Source: Lysobacterales bacterium
Lineage (GTDB): Bacteria > Pseudomonadota > Gammaproteobacteria > Xanthomonadales > SZUA-5
DNA length: 64,000 nt
Direction: 5' to 3'
NCBI GenBank assembly: GCA_022844165.1
Contig: JALHMH010000005.1
Coordinates: forward strand, 32,001-96,000
A model generated the notes under the pieces. That model saw only the letters and a program-made list of their open reading frames with translations, did not search any database and was not told where the DNA came from. Positions 18,129-27,492 of the stretch are shown piece after piece. The translations under genes were made by a program, and so were the position numbers. How positions within the stretch are numbered: the stretch's first letter is position 1; every line of letters starts with the position of its first letter.

Positions 18129-20219
18129 CTACTCGAACCCATCGATGAGCAGTGGTTCACTGGTACAGACGCGCGAACGCTCTGGATCGATGTAGACATG
18201 GAATGCGGCGCCCGCAGGAATCGCCGCACCGTCGCCGCGCTCGATGGCCCATTGTCCGCGACCCTGTGTCGCAGAGTTGTAGCTCAACAGCAGATTGCTC
18301 GGTACGTACACGTTGTTCGGATTGTAAACGGCGGTGACGAAAGGATGTGCGCACTCGATGTTGTCCAACAAGGGGTGGCTGATGTTGAGTATCTGCACCG
18401 CAACGCCCAGTGGTTCGGTCCGAAACGCGTGGGTTCCTGCGGCAAACAACGGGTTGGGAATGAGCACATTGAATGCAGCGCCTTCGGGCATCGCAGGTGG
18501 GAGACCAGCCACGGGCGCTTGATTGAAAACGCGCCAGCGATTGACCGATGTGTCGAACCACACGCCGATCGAGGAGTTGTTGTAAACGCCACTACCAGCC
18601 TGTGCCGGATCCCACCGCTGTGTCACGATCGGCAGCGCGTTTGGCTGATTGTTGAGTTGCGTGTTGTCGAGCGTCGTCAGGTTGAAACCGGTGTTCGCCG
18701 CGACGGCGGTGTGCACGTACGAGGTTTGCGTATCGATGTTCAGCAACACGAAGTAGCGCCGCCCGGTGGGCATCGGCGCACTCGTGTTTTGGTTGAAGAT
18801 GTTCCACAGGTTGATGCCACCGCTAAACCAAACACCGGTATGGTTGGCCGCGCCGGCAGGTAAAGGTGTCACGCCATCGATCTCGCGACCGAAGTGGCTC
18901 AGCGTGAGATTGTCGTTCGGTAGCAGTCCGACGGGTGGCGTTGCGATGCGTGTGACATTGCTATTGACATTGGCCGCCAGGCTGTAGTGTTCGAAACTCT
19001 GATCGAAGCTGCGCTCGTGCGCACCGATATCCACGGTCCCGCCGACGCGCCCTGCCCGGCCATCGATATCGGGCAAGGGAACAGGAACAATGATCACGAT
19101 CACCGGCTGATCGCTATTGTTCCCGGCGTTGACTTGTGGTGCCCCACTGTCTCGCGCCTGGAAATCGAATGGGCCGCGAAACCTGGCGATCGCGTTCACA
19201 TCGTTCGCGCCTGCCACAGTATTGCAGTAGGGCGTTGGGCTCTGCGAGTACAAATTGAAATTGTGCGTGGTTGAGATACCCGCTGCCGAAAGGAACTCGA
19301 TTCCACAGTTGGTTGCGCGATGCACAATGTTGTTCGCAATGCGCCCGGCAACCGTGTTGCTCGCATCGCGCTGCAGGGCTACACCGGACAAATTGGCCCC
19401 AGAAAGCGTGTTATTGAGCACCGATGCGATCAATGGCGCCGCCGTTGCGCGGATGACCACACCGGTGTCGACATTGAAGATCGCATTGCGCGTCACACGC
19501 ACCGTTGCAGGCAACGTGCCACCACCGGTTCCCGATACGAAAACCCCTGCCGACAGGGTTCCGCCGATCGGCAGTTGCTGCAGCCGACCAATTCGGTTGC
19601 CGTTGATGTTAACGGCCCCGTCGTGCGCCGAAATCAAAGCGGCAACGCCGGATCCTCGCACCAGCATTTGATTGTTGCGTACATTGATCGCCGGTCGTGC
19701 CGCGCCCACACCGCCATCGAAGAACAGTGCCGCACCAGAGGGATTGCCTTGCGTAAGATAAGAGCGTTCAACAGTCACGGTGTACGTCGAGGCCGCACCA
19801 GCTGCCTCGCTGATTTGCACGGCCGAAAACGAGGTACCGCCGGGCTCCAGGCGCATGTTGTCGAGCCCGATCGATTGAGTTTGGGCGACGACGCCAGATC
19901 CAACCCGGACGAAAACCTGGCCACGCAGGCGCAGATTCGACAGTGATATGTTGATGTTGGCCCCGGTCGCCGTCAGGTCAATGCTCCGTCCATCGGCGAA
20001 TAGGGCTGCGGCCCCCCGTTTGGTCAGTGTCAGGCTCTTGTTGGAGATGATCAGCGATTCGTTGATTACCCCTTCGGTCGTGATCTGCACGGTATCGCCG
20101 GTTGCCGCGGCATTAATACAGGCCTGCAGCGTGGTCGAACAGATACCGCTGCCCGGCCAGTTCAATTCGGCCGCTACTGCGGAATGACTTACCAGGGCGA
20201 GCAGCAATAGGCGTCTCAT
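18129..20219 (-). CDS. Secreted right-handed beta-helix protein with choice-of-anchor-Q-like segment, three C-terminal repeats and a GFE tag
   Basis: Signal peptide; TLQACINAA..GDTV; Asn-ladder V-x-N-N repeats; VNAG...DIDG...VDIGAHE; three ~80-aa repeats (W-x-[IV]-FN/ER...MP-x-G-x-x-F-x-V); ends LLIDGFE. Confidence 0.85.
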   Translation of the reverse strand: MRRLLLLALVSHSAVAAELNWPGSGICSTTLQACINAAATGDTVQITTEGVINESLIISNKSLTLTKRGAAALFADGRSIDLTATGANINISLSNLRLRGQVFVRVGSGVVAQTQSIGLDNMRLEPGGTSFSAVQISEAAGAASTYTVTVERSYLTQGNPSGAALFFDGGVGAARPAINVRNNQMLVRGSGVAALISAHDGAVNINGNRIGRLQQLPIGGTLSAGVFVSGTGGGTLPATVRVTRNAIFNVDTGVVIRATAAPLIASVLNNTLSGANLSGVALQRDASNTVAGRIANNIVHRATNCGIEFLSAAGISTTHNFNLYSQSPTPYCNTVAGANDVNAIARFRGPFDFQARDSGAPQVNAGNNSDQPVIVIIVPVPLPDIDGRAGRVGGTVDIGAHERSFDQSFEHYSLAANVNSNVTRIATPPVGLLPNDNLTLSHFGREIDGVTPLPAGAANHTGVWFSGGINLWNIFNQNTSAPMPTGRRYFVLLNIDTQTSYVHTAVAANTGFNLTTLDNTQLNNQPNALPIVTQRWDPAQAGSGVYNNSSIGVWFDTSVNRWRVFNQAPVAGLPPAMPEGAAFNVLIPNPLFAAGTHAFRTEPLGVAVQILNISHPLLDNIECAHPFVTAVYNPNNVYVPSNLLLSYNSATQGRGQWAIERGDGAAIPAGAAFHVYIDPERSRVCTSEPLLIDGFE

Positions 20220-20295
20220 GACCGTCGGTTCCTACTTCGATGGAATGTCCATCTATCCGCAGGAAAGTGGCAAAACCCGACAACGCCCTTCCAGA

Positions 20296-21210
20296 CTACC
20301 AAACCGAACCGTCAAGCCCACCCAATCCGTCGCCCACAATGCCACGGGAGGTGCGCAGCGTGCCGTCGCGGGCGACGCCAATCGCGATCAACCGACCGGC
20401 AGCGAACACCGCTACTGGGTCCGCCTGGACTTGTGTTGGCATCGCCTGCCCGTGCCGAAAGCGAATCGCAGCGGCATCGTCCAGATCGATTCTGGGCAGG
20501 TGCGCAACGCCGGATTCCATGGGCAACAGTAGCGAATCCAGCCGCTCGACGTCGGCTTTTTCGATCTCATCGAGTGTATGCATCGAGTGCGAAACGAACG
20601 GTGCAGCCCAGGTTCGCCGCAGTGTCGCGACATGCGCTCCGCAGCCCAGTGTTTGACCGATATCGTCGACCAGCGAGCGGACATACGTCCCGCTGGAGAC
20701 GTCGCAATCGAGCGTGATCAACGGCAGTTCGAGCACGACGATTTCCAACCGCGAAACTCTGATCGCGCGCGACGGCCTATCAACAATCTCGCCACGGCGC
20801 GCGAGCTCGTACAGGGGTCGACCATTGCGTTTGAGCGCCGAATACATGGGCGGCACCTGCATCTGCGCACCGCGGAAAGCTGTTAGCGTTTGTTCGACAT
20901 CGTCGCGTGTCAGCGCCGGTACCGGCAGCGATTCGACCGCGACGCCTTCGGCATCTAAAGTATCGGTGCGCACGCCGAGACGGACGGTGACTCGATAGCC
21001 CTTGTCGCCCCCGAGCATCAACCCCGCGAGTTTGGTCGCTTCGCCAAAGCAAATCGGCAACAATCCGCTGGCCAGAGGATCGAGTGCGCCTGTGTGCCCA
21101 GCCTTGTCTGCGCGATACACGCGGCGCACGCGTTGCAAAGCGGCGTTGGAGCCAGGCCCTGAGGGCTTATCGAGCAGCAGAATGCCGCTCACGCGGCGCG
21201 CGCCTCGCAT
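20296..21210 (-). CDS. truB: tRNA pseudouridine(55) synthase
   Basis: LLDKPSG, KAGHTGALDPLASG, QVPPMYSALK, SSGTYVRSL. Confidence 0.97.
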   Translation of the reverse strand: MRGARRVSGILLLDKPSGPGSNAALQRVRRVYRADKAGHTGALDPLASGLLPICFGEATKLAGLMLGGDKGYRVTVRLGVRTDTLDAEGVAVESLPVPALTRDDVEQTLTAFRGAQMQVPPMYSALKRNGRPLYELARRGEIVDRPSRAIRVSRLEIVVLELPLITLDCDVSSGTYVRSLVDDIGQTLGCGAHVATLRRTWAAPFVSHSMHTLDEIEKADVERLDSLLLPMESGVAHLPRIDLDDAAAIRFRHGQAMPTQVQADPVAVFAAGRLIAIGVARDGTLRTSRGIVGDGLGGLDGSVW

Positions 21211-21216
21211 GGGCAA

Positions 21217-21567
21217 TCAGCTCTTCAAACTGTCGCGCAATAATTGGTCGATGCGATCGCCACGATCGACCGAATCGTCATAGTGGAAGCGTAGCTCCGG
21301 CATCATGCGCAGCGCTAGCTGTTTGGCCAATATCTGTCGGTAGCGTTTGGCTTCTTCTTTGAGTAACGCCAACGCCGCTTTCGACTCTTCGCTGCGCAGC
21401 GCCGTGACGAACACCTTTGCGACAGCTAAATCGCGACTGACCTCGACGTCCGAAACGCTGACCTCAGGCAGCAAGCCGCCACGCACATCTTCGTGAACCA
21501 GTACCGCCACTTCGCGGCGCAGCAAGGCGGCAATGCGATCAGTCCGAGCAAAGGTCGAGCGGGGCAT
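21217..21567 (-). CDS. rbfA: Ribosome-binding factor A
   Basis: VSDVEVSRDLAVAKVFV, LRMMPELRFHYDDS; operon position. Confidence 0.96.
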   Translation of the reverse strand: MPRSTFARTDRIAALLRREVAVLVHEDVRGGLLPEVSVSDVEVSRDLAVAKVFVTALRSEESKAALALLKEEAKRYRQILAKQLALRMMPELRFHYDDSVDRGDRIDQLLRDSLKS

Positions 21568-21625
21568 GAGAGTTCCTGGACGAAAAGCAAAAAAAAAGTA
21601 TCGGAAACGGAACGGATTGTGCGCG

Positions 21626-21904
21626 TCAGCTCAGCGCTTTCCATAACGTCGCGGCACCGATCAGCAAGAAGCCGACGCCCGCAATGATGTGCAGCACTTT
21701 TGGGCTGATCACGTTGGACAACAGATGCCCGGCCAGAACGCCTATCGCACTCGACAACACCAACGCCAGCGAAGCACCCAGAAAAACAGTCCACTTGCTG
21801 ACCTGCTTGTCTGCCGCGAACAACATCGTCGACAGCTGCGTTTTGTCGCCCAATTCGGCGATAAAGACCGTCAAAAAGACAGTAAGGAGAAGCTTAAGAT
21901 CCAT
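21626..21904 (-). CDS. UPF0016 (TMEM165/GDT1) half-size Mn/Ca transporter-like protein
   Basis: FIAELGDKTQL motif and three TM helices; start taken at ATG 21904. Confidence 0.9.
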   Translation of the reverse strand: MDLKLLLTVFLTVFIAELGDKTQLSTMLFAADKQVSKWTVFLGASLALVLSSAIGVLAGHLLSNVISPKVLHIIAGVGFLLIGAATLWKALS

Positions 21905-21989
21905 GCTCTGGTACTCGCATTTCAACAAGGAAAGCGGGCGTGACACCAACCGCTCCGGGTTGGTGCCGCGTCACATCGTACCTGCTCGC

Positions 21990-24596
21990 TTAACCCAACG
22001 TCCGCTGTACTTCAACGCGATCGAAACACTCGATCTGATCGCCGACCTTTACGTCGTTGTACGCTTTCACGGCGATACCGCATTCTGTGCCCATACGCAC
22101 CTCGTCAACGAGATCCTTGAAGCGCCGCAGCGATTCGAGCTCGCCCTCAAAGACCACGACATTGTCGCGCAACACACGAATGGGCTTGTTGCGACGGACG
22201 ACGCCTTCGATCACCATACAACCTGCGACCGAACCGAATTTGCTGGAGCGGAATACGTCGCGCACTTGCGCCAGGCCAATAATCTGCTCGCGCGTCTCGG
22301 TGCCGAGCATGCCGGTCAACGACTTGCGTACGTGGTCGATCGCTTCATAAATGATGCTGTAGTAGTTGATCTCGACGCCGCCCTCCTGGAGCACCTTACG
22401 CGCTTGCGCATCGGCACGGACGTTAAAGCCGATCACGACAGCCTTGCTGGCCACCGCCAAGGTAGCATCGGATTCGGTAATGCCACCGACGCCGGAGGCG
22501 ATGATGTTGACCTTGATCTGATCCGTTGCCAACTTCGTCAAAGATTCGCGCAAGGCTTCGGACGAACCCTGGACGTCCGCCTTGATCAGCAGGTTCAGAG
22601 TTTGCACATCGCCCTGACCCATCTGCGCAAACAGATCGTCGAGTTTCGTGGATTGTTTGGCAAGGCGCACATCTCGACTCTTCAGTTCGCGCGCGGTTGC
22701 AGCATCGCGCGCCGCGCGTTCGTCGGCCACGACCACAAAATCGTCGCCAGCGTTCGGCGTACCTTGCAGACCGATGACCACAGCAGGAATCGATGGGCCC
22801 GCCTCGGCGATCTGGCGACCCGCTTCATCGAACATCGCGCGCACTCGACCCCACTGCATACCAGCGAGCACGACATCGCCCTTGCGCAAGGTACCCGATT
22901 GCACCAACACCGTCGCTACCGAACCGCGGCCCTTTTCCAAGGTCGATTCGACGACAGTCCCACGAGCTCGACCTTTCTCCGGCGCCCTCAGCTCCAAGAC
23001 CTCAGACTGCACCAGAATCGCGTCGAGCAAGTTGTCGATGCCCATGCCGGTTTTTGCCGACACCGGAATGAACTGCACATCGCCACCGTACTCTTCCGGC
23101 ACCACTTCTTGTTGCAATAAGCCTTGTTTGACGCGCTCCGGATCAGCGTCGGTTTTGTCCATTTTGTTGACCGCAACGATGATCGGGACCTTTGCGGCTT
23201 TCGCGTGGTTAATGGCCTCAATCGTTTGCGGCATGACGCCGTCGTCGGCTGCAACTACCAGCACAACAATGTCTGTCACTTTCGCGCCTCGGGCACGCAT
23301 CTGCGTGAACGCAGCGTGGCCGGGCGTATCAAGGAACGTGATGACCCCCTTCTTGGTGTTTACATGGTAAGCGCCAATGTGCTGGGTAATGCCACCCGCT
23401 TCGCCCGATGCCACACGGGTGCGCCGAATATGATCGAGTAAAGAGGTCTTACCATGATCGACGTGACCCATAACGGTTACAACGGGCGGCCGCGTTGTGG
23501 CCTCGCCGGCGCTTGGATCCTGGCTCGTCAACTCGCTCTCAAGGTCACGATCGCCGGCACGTTTGACCGAATGCCCAAGCTCTTCGGTGACCAGCACCGC
23601 GGTGTCGTGATCGATGGTCTGGTTGATTGTGACCATGACGCCCATCTTCATCAACGCCTTGATGACTTCCGGCGCTTTGACTGCCAATTTGGCAGCCAGC
23701 TCGGCAACGATGATCGTCTCACCCACCTCGACTTCGCGAACAACCGGCGCCGTTGGCCGGGAGAAGCCGTGGTCGCGCCCGCTGCCACGTTGCTCGGGTG
23801 CCTTGCCACGCGGCTTCTTCTTGCCGGGGCGTCGTGCACCATCGGCCAGATGTAATTCGCCGCGATTGAAGCTCGGTTCGGTTTCTTCGACAACGGCCTC
23901 ACCGAAGGCACGACCATGCGTGCGTTTTGCGCCCGGAATGGGTTTGTGTCCCCGCGGTTTTTCGTCAGCCAACTCGCGCTTCTTGGGTTTTTCGACGACG
24001 GGCGGTGGCGCTTTGGGTTTTTCCGCCTCCGGTGGACGAATCGCCTCTTCCTCGGCGGCACGCGCGGCTGCCTCGGCGGCCAGTTGCTCGGCCCCCTCGC
24101 GCTCCTCACGCTCGCGGCGACGTTGCTCTTCTAACTCCCGCTGTCGCTCTTCGTCCGCAACTCGCCGCGCTTCGGCATCACGCCGTGCGATGTCTTCCGC
24201 ATCGCGACGGAGTTGCGATTCCGCCAGCAGCTTCTGAGCGTGTTCGCGTTCGGGATCGGCCTCGCCTTGTTCGGCTACGGTGCTGCGTTTAACGTAGGTC
24301 TTCTTTTGCCGCACTTCAACGTTGACGGTCTTCCCGCCGCCTCTGGAACCACCGGGCGACAGTGTAATTTCGCTGACCGTCTTGCGCTTGAGCGTGATCT
24401 GGCTGGGTGCTTTCAAGTCCTCTTTCGCCTTGCCGTGCGAAGCACGCAAATGCTCCAGCAGCTTGACTTTTTCCGCAGCACTGACCTCCTGCTGTACGCC
24501 GGTCACTTTAAGGCCGGCCTCCGCCAGTTGCTCCAGCAGCCGCTCCGGCGAAACGCCGAGCACGGTCGCTAATTTTTCTACGGTGATGCCGGCCAT
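21990..24596 (-). CDS. infB: Translation initiation factor IF-2
   Basis: [45 protein letters not shown]. Confidence 0.99.
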   Translation of the reverse strand: MAGITVEKLATVLGVSPERLLEQLAEAGLKVTGVQQEVSAAEKVKLLEHLRASHGKAKEDLKAPSQITLKRKTVSEITLSPGGSRGGGKTVNVEVRQKKTYVKRSTVAEQGEADPEREHAQKLLAESQLRRDAEDIARRDAEARRVADEERQRELEEQRRREREEREGAEQLAAEAAARAAEEEAIRPPEAEKPKAPPPVVEKPKKRELADEKPRGHKPIPGAKRTHGRAFGEAVVEETEPSFNRGELHLADGARRPGKKKPRGKAPEQRGSGRDHGFSRPTAPVVREVEVGETIIVAELAAKLAVKAPEVIKALMKMGVMVTINQTIDHDTAVLVTEELGHSVKRAGDRDLESELTSQDPSAGEATTRPPVVTVMGHVDHGKTSLLDHIRRTRVASGEAGGITQHIGAYHVNTKKGVITFLDTPGHAAFTQMRARGAKVTDIVVLVVAADDGVMPQTIEAINHAKAAKVPIIVAVNKMDKTDADPERVKQGLLQQEVVPEEYGGDVQFIPVSAKTGMGIDNLLDAILVQSEVLELRAPEKGRARGTVVESTLEKGRGSVATVLVQSGTLRKGDVVLAGMQWGRVRAMFDEAGRQIAEAGPSIPAVVIGLQGTPNAGDDFVVVADERAARDAATARELKSRDVRLAKQSTKLDDLFAQMGQGDVQTLNLLIKADVQGSSEALRESLTKLATDQIKVNIIASGVGGITESDATLAVASKAVVIGFNVRADAQARKVLQEGGVEINYYSIIYEAIDHVRKSLTGMLGTETREQIIGLAQVRDVFRSSKFGSVAGCMVIEGVVRRNKPIRVLRDNVVVFEGELESLRRFKDLVDEVRMGTECGIAVKAYNDVKVGDQIECFDRVEVQRTLG

Positions 24597-24695
24597 ACCT
24601 TCTCCGAAATGAATCTCTTGTCACTCGTTGTTGCCGCCTTCGCGGCAGTGCATTCGTCCGCCCATCGGTCCGCGTTTAACCCGGGCCAAATACCA

Positions 24696-26186
24696 TCACT
24701 GGTCTGCGAACATTGCAGAGCGCGCGGCCATGATCAACGACCGCGCGCGGTCTTCTGTCATGCCCTCGAACTCCATTAGCTCATCGGTCGCCAAATCCGC
24801 CAGGTCGTCTCGCGTACGGACTCCGCCCGCCGCCAGCGTGTAGGCCATCGCATCATCCATCCCTTCCAAGCCAAGCAGAGATTCGTCCGGCCGGTTCTCG
24901 TCGATCGCTTCTTCCTTGGCGATCAGCTCAGTCAGTAATGCGTCGCGAGCTCGGGCGCGCAACTCTTCAACCAGATCTTCATCGAACTCATCGACGTTCA
25001 GCAACTCGCCAGCTGGCACGTATGCCACTTCTTCGACGGAACTGAAGCCTTCTCGCACCAGGATTGCCGCGATCTCAGCGTCGACCTGCAAACGGTCTTT
25101 GAACAATTCCAGCGTCGCTGCGGATTCGGCCTCGCCCTTTGCGGAGGCCTGCGCCTGGGTCATCACATTCAGCTGCCAACCCGTGAGCTTGCTGGCCAAA
25201 CGCACGTTTTGGCCACCACGGCCGATCGCCTGGCTAAGCTTGTCTTCTGCGACCGCCAGATCCATCGCGTGCTTCTCTTCGTCAACGACGATCGATTGCA
25301 CTTCCGCGGGCGCCATCGCGTTGATCACGAACTGCGCCGGATTGTCGTTCCACAAGACGATGTCGATGCGTTCGCCATTCAGCTCGTTCGAGACCGCCTT
25401 GACGCGCGAACCTTGCATACCAATGCAGGCACCCACCGGATCGGTCCGGTGATCGTTGGCGCGCACCGCGATCTTCGCGCGGTCACCCGGATCGCGCGCT
25501 GCGGCCATCACATTGACAACGCCCTGCCCCACTTCCGGCACTTCGAGCTTAAACAGCTCCATCATGAACTCTGGCGCCGTGCGCGAGATGAACAACTGCG
25601 GACCTCGCGTTTCGCTCTTGACATCGAACAAATACCCGCGCACGCGATCGCCAGTGCGAAAGTTCTCGCGTGGCACCATGCGTTCGCGAAGAATGATGGC
25701 TTCGGCGTTGCCGCCCAAATCCAAGTACACGTGCCCACGTTCCACGCGTTTGACAACGCCGGTCACCAACGTCCCGATTCGATCTTTGAACTGGTCTACA
25801 ACCTGCGCACGTTCGGCTTCGCGCACGCGCTGCACGATGACTTGTTTTGCGGCCTGCGCGGCGATTCGACCAAATTCGGCATTCTCGATTTGTTCTTCGA
25901 CAAACCCGCCAATCTCAATGTTGGGATCGTCCTCGCGGGCCACCGTCAAAGCGGTTTGACGTTCCGGAAATTCGAGCTGCTGATCGTCGGCAATCACTTC
26001 CCAACGACGGAACGTCTCGTAATTGCCGTTCGACCGATTAATGGTCACACGTGTCAAGATGTCGCCGCCGTGTTTACGCTTGGCCGCCGAGGCAAGCGCC
26101 GCTTCCAGCGCGTCAAAAATGACCGCCCGGCTGACGCCTTTTTCATTCGCAACCGCATCGGCGACCAGCAGCATTTCCTTACTCAT
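24696..26186 (-). CDS. nusA: Transcription elongation factor NusA
   Basis: FGRIAAQAAKQV, ARDPGDRAKIAV, DPVGACIG, AIGRGGQNVRLAS. Confidence 0.99.
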   Translation of the reverse strand: MSKEMLLVADAVANEKGVSRAVIFDALEAALASAAKRKHGGDILTRVTINRSNGNYETFRRWEVIADDQQLEFPERQTALTVAREDDPNIEIGGFVEEQIENAEFGRIAAQAAKQVIVQRVREAERAQVVDQFKDRIGTLVTGVVKRVERGHVYLDLGGNAEAIILRERMVPRENFRTGDRVRGYLFDVKSETRGPQLFISRTAPEFMMELFKLEVPEVGQGVVNVMAAARDPGDRAKIAVRANDHRTDPVGACIGMQGSRVKAVSNELNGERIDIVLWNDNPAQFVINAMAPAEVQSIVVDEEKHAMDLAVAEDKLSQAIGRGGQNVRLASKLTGWQLNVMTQAQASAKGEAESAATLELFKDRLQVDAEIAAILVREGFSSVEEVAYVPAGELLNVDEFDEDLVEELRARARDALLTELIAKEEAIDENRPDESLLGLEGMDDAMAYTLAAGGVRTRDDLADLATDELMEFEGMTEDRARSLIMAARSAMFADQ

Positions 26187-26679
26187 CGGACTTTCCTTTA
26201 GCTTTTCTCGGCTTCATCGCCGTTTCGAACTGCGGCACAAGCCGCGCTTTGTCGATATCGCCATGACGCAACGACACTTCAACCCCGTCGACGGCGAGCG
26301 TGATGCCCGAATCATCGGCGGCTTTCAGCGCGCCCTGAAACTTGCGGCGATTGTTGATCGGCGCGAGCGACTGCACGCGCAAAACTTCGCCAATAAATCG
26401 CTGGTATTGCGACGGCGCGAAAATCGGCCGATCGATGCCCGGCGAGGATACTTCCAGCGTGTAGTTACCGCTAATCGGATCGTTCACATCCAGCAGCGCC
26501 GAAATCTCGCGGCTGGCCGCCTCGCAGTCCTCCAAAGTCACCGGACGCCCAGGATGATCGATATAGACGCGCAACAGCCCACGCGATCGCGATAACGCCA
26601 GTTCCAAACCCCATAAATCCAGACCCAAGGAGCCGATGGCGGGCGCCAGCAACGCTTGCAGTTGGTCCTTCTTTGCCAT
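26179..26679 (-). CDS. rimP: Ribosome maturation factor RimP
   Basis: LRVYID, LEDCE, YTLEVSSPGIDRP. Start reassigned to ATG 26679 because the longer ORF crosses the leader terminator. Confidence 0.96.
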   Translation of the reverse strand: MAKKDQLQALLAPAIGSLGLDLWGLELALSRSRGLLRVYIDHPGRPVTLEDCEAASREISALLDVNDPISGNYTLEVSSPGIDRPIFAPSQYQRFIGEVLRVQSLAPINNRRKFQGALKAADDSGITLAVDGVEVSLRHGDIDKARLVPQFETAMKPRKAKGKSDE

Positions 26680-26715
26680 AGGCCGATGGTCTTTACCAAA
26701 ATTATTGCGGGCAAC

Positions 26716-26738
26716 AAAAAAGCCTCCGAAGAGGCTTT
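26716..26738 (-). terminator. rimP leader terminator/attenuator
   Basis: AAAGCCUC-UUCG-GAGGCUUUUUU about 37 nt upstream of the rimP start; a terminator in this position is established for the rimP-nusA operon. Confidence 0.85.
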
Positions 26739-26930
26739 CTGACGAAAACCAGTGGAACCGAGCTCTAAAGCATGAGGCGGTTAACCACACAAGGCCCCGA
26801 AGGATAACCTCAGAGATCCCATAGAGCAAGGGACAACGCCTAAGCTTGGGTCAGGTCGCGCTGGAGTCCTTGACGGAGCCGGAACTTGTCATTTGAGTCA
26901 AATTTTCGTCGGAGCTGCTTTGGCAGTTGA
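26738..26930. ncRNA. Unidentified structured RNA or non-autonomous inserted element
   Basis: Terminal pairing TCTGACGAAAA (26738-26748) with TTTTCGTCGGA (26903-26913), several internal helices, about 53% GC by hand count; a gene reading frame is disrupted at its edge. Confidence 0.4.
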
Positions 26931-27244
26931 AGCCCCCTTGAGGGCGGCTCGACGCGGATCAGCACCGGGAAGTCCGTTGGTACCGTGACGTCCAGACCCG
27001 GGAGCCGCGGCTGAATCGCTGCTGGGCTGATGATGAAGGCGTCAATCCCAAGGTTCTCCACGCTCAGGTTCTCTGGCGACGAGAACTCCAGCCGCAAAGT
27101 CGCGGTGTAGGTGGGCACGGCTACACTCGGCAGCGCGATCTCGGCCGTCGCGACGTTTCCAACAATGGTGACTGAAACATCGGCCGGCGCGTTTGCCGCG
27201 TAGAGCGCTAGCGCGGCGATGGCGATTCGAGTGGCAAGAGGCAT
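26840..27244 (-). pseudogene. Truncated secreted protein (DUF6689-like N-terminal half)
   Basis: Signal peptide, then DVSVTIVGN...ENLSVENLGI...RLPG...FPVLIRVEPP as recalled for this family; after EPPSRG the sequence loses protein-like character and stops within about 30 codons. Confidence 0.55.
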
Positions 27245-27420
27245 GATCGTTACGGAGCTCAGTAGTAAGGTGGTGGCGCACAACTGACGACATCAAGACT
27301 CGGCCCCTTCCCTGGGGCCGCGTTCTTTGCGGTAGATGCCTCCAACTTCGCCGACGCGAGCCCGACCAGGCGCTTGCGGGCCATTGATGCTCCTGGCGCA
27401 ACGGCCAAAAATGCCACCTG

Positions 27421-27434
27421 TTGATTCAAGTCAA
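27421..27434. promoter_or_regulatory. FNR/Anr box upstream of hemN
   Basis: TTGAT-TCAA-GTCAA matches TTGAT-N4-ATCAA at 9/10 and lies about 60 bp before hemN, a classic FNR/Anr target. Confidence 0.8.
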
Positions 27435-27492
27435 TGGCGAAGATGACGAACCGACCTAAGGTTCGACTCCGACGACAAAACGCCACGGCCCC

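Noticed and set aside
21684-23120. Long antisense ORFs (also 10660-11787, 25209-26201, 47898-48896, 56985-58025)
   Set aside because: Shadow frames opposite well-conserved genes, as expected in GC-rich DNA.
26739-26760. CUGACGA as a hammerhead ribozyme core
   Set aside because: No stem II followed by GAAA and no suitably placed stem III/UH site.
26760-26860. Group I intron-like core (UCAGAGA resembling the R element; P3/P7-like pairings)
   Set aside because: No P4-P6 domain or S element and no flanking exon context, so the resemblance is only partial.
26738-26940. tRNA-Met, tmRNA, SRP RNA, 6S RNA or glycine riboswitch identity
   Set aside because: No cloverleaf or T-loop, no tag-peptide frame, no SRP GGAAGCAGC motif; only short chance-level matches.
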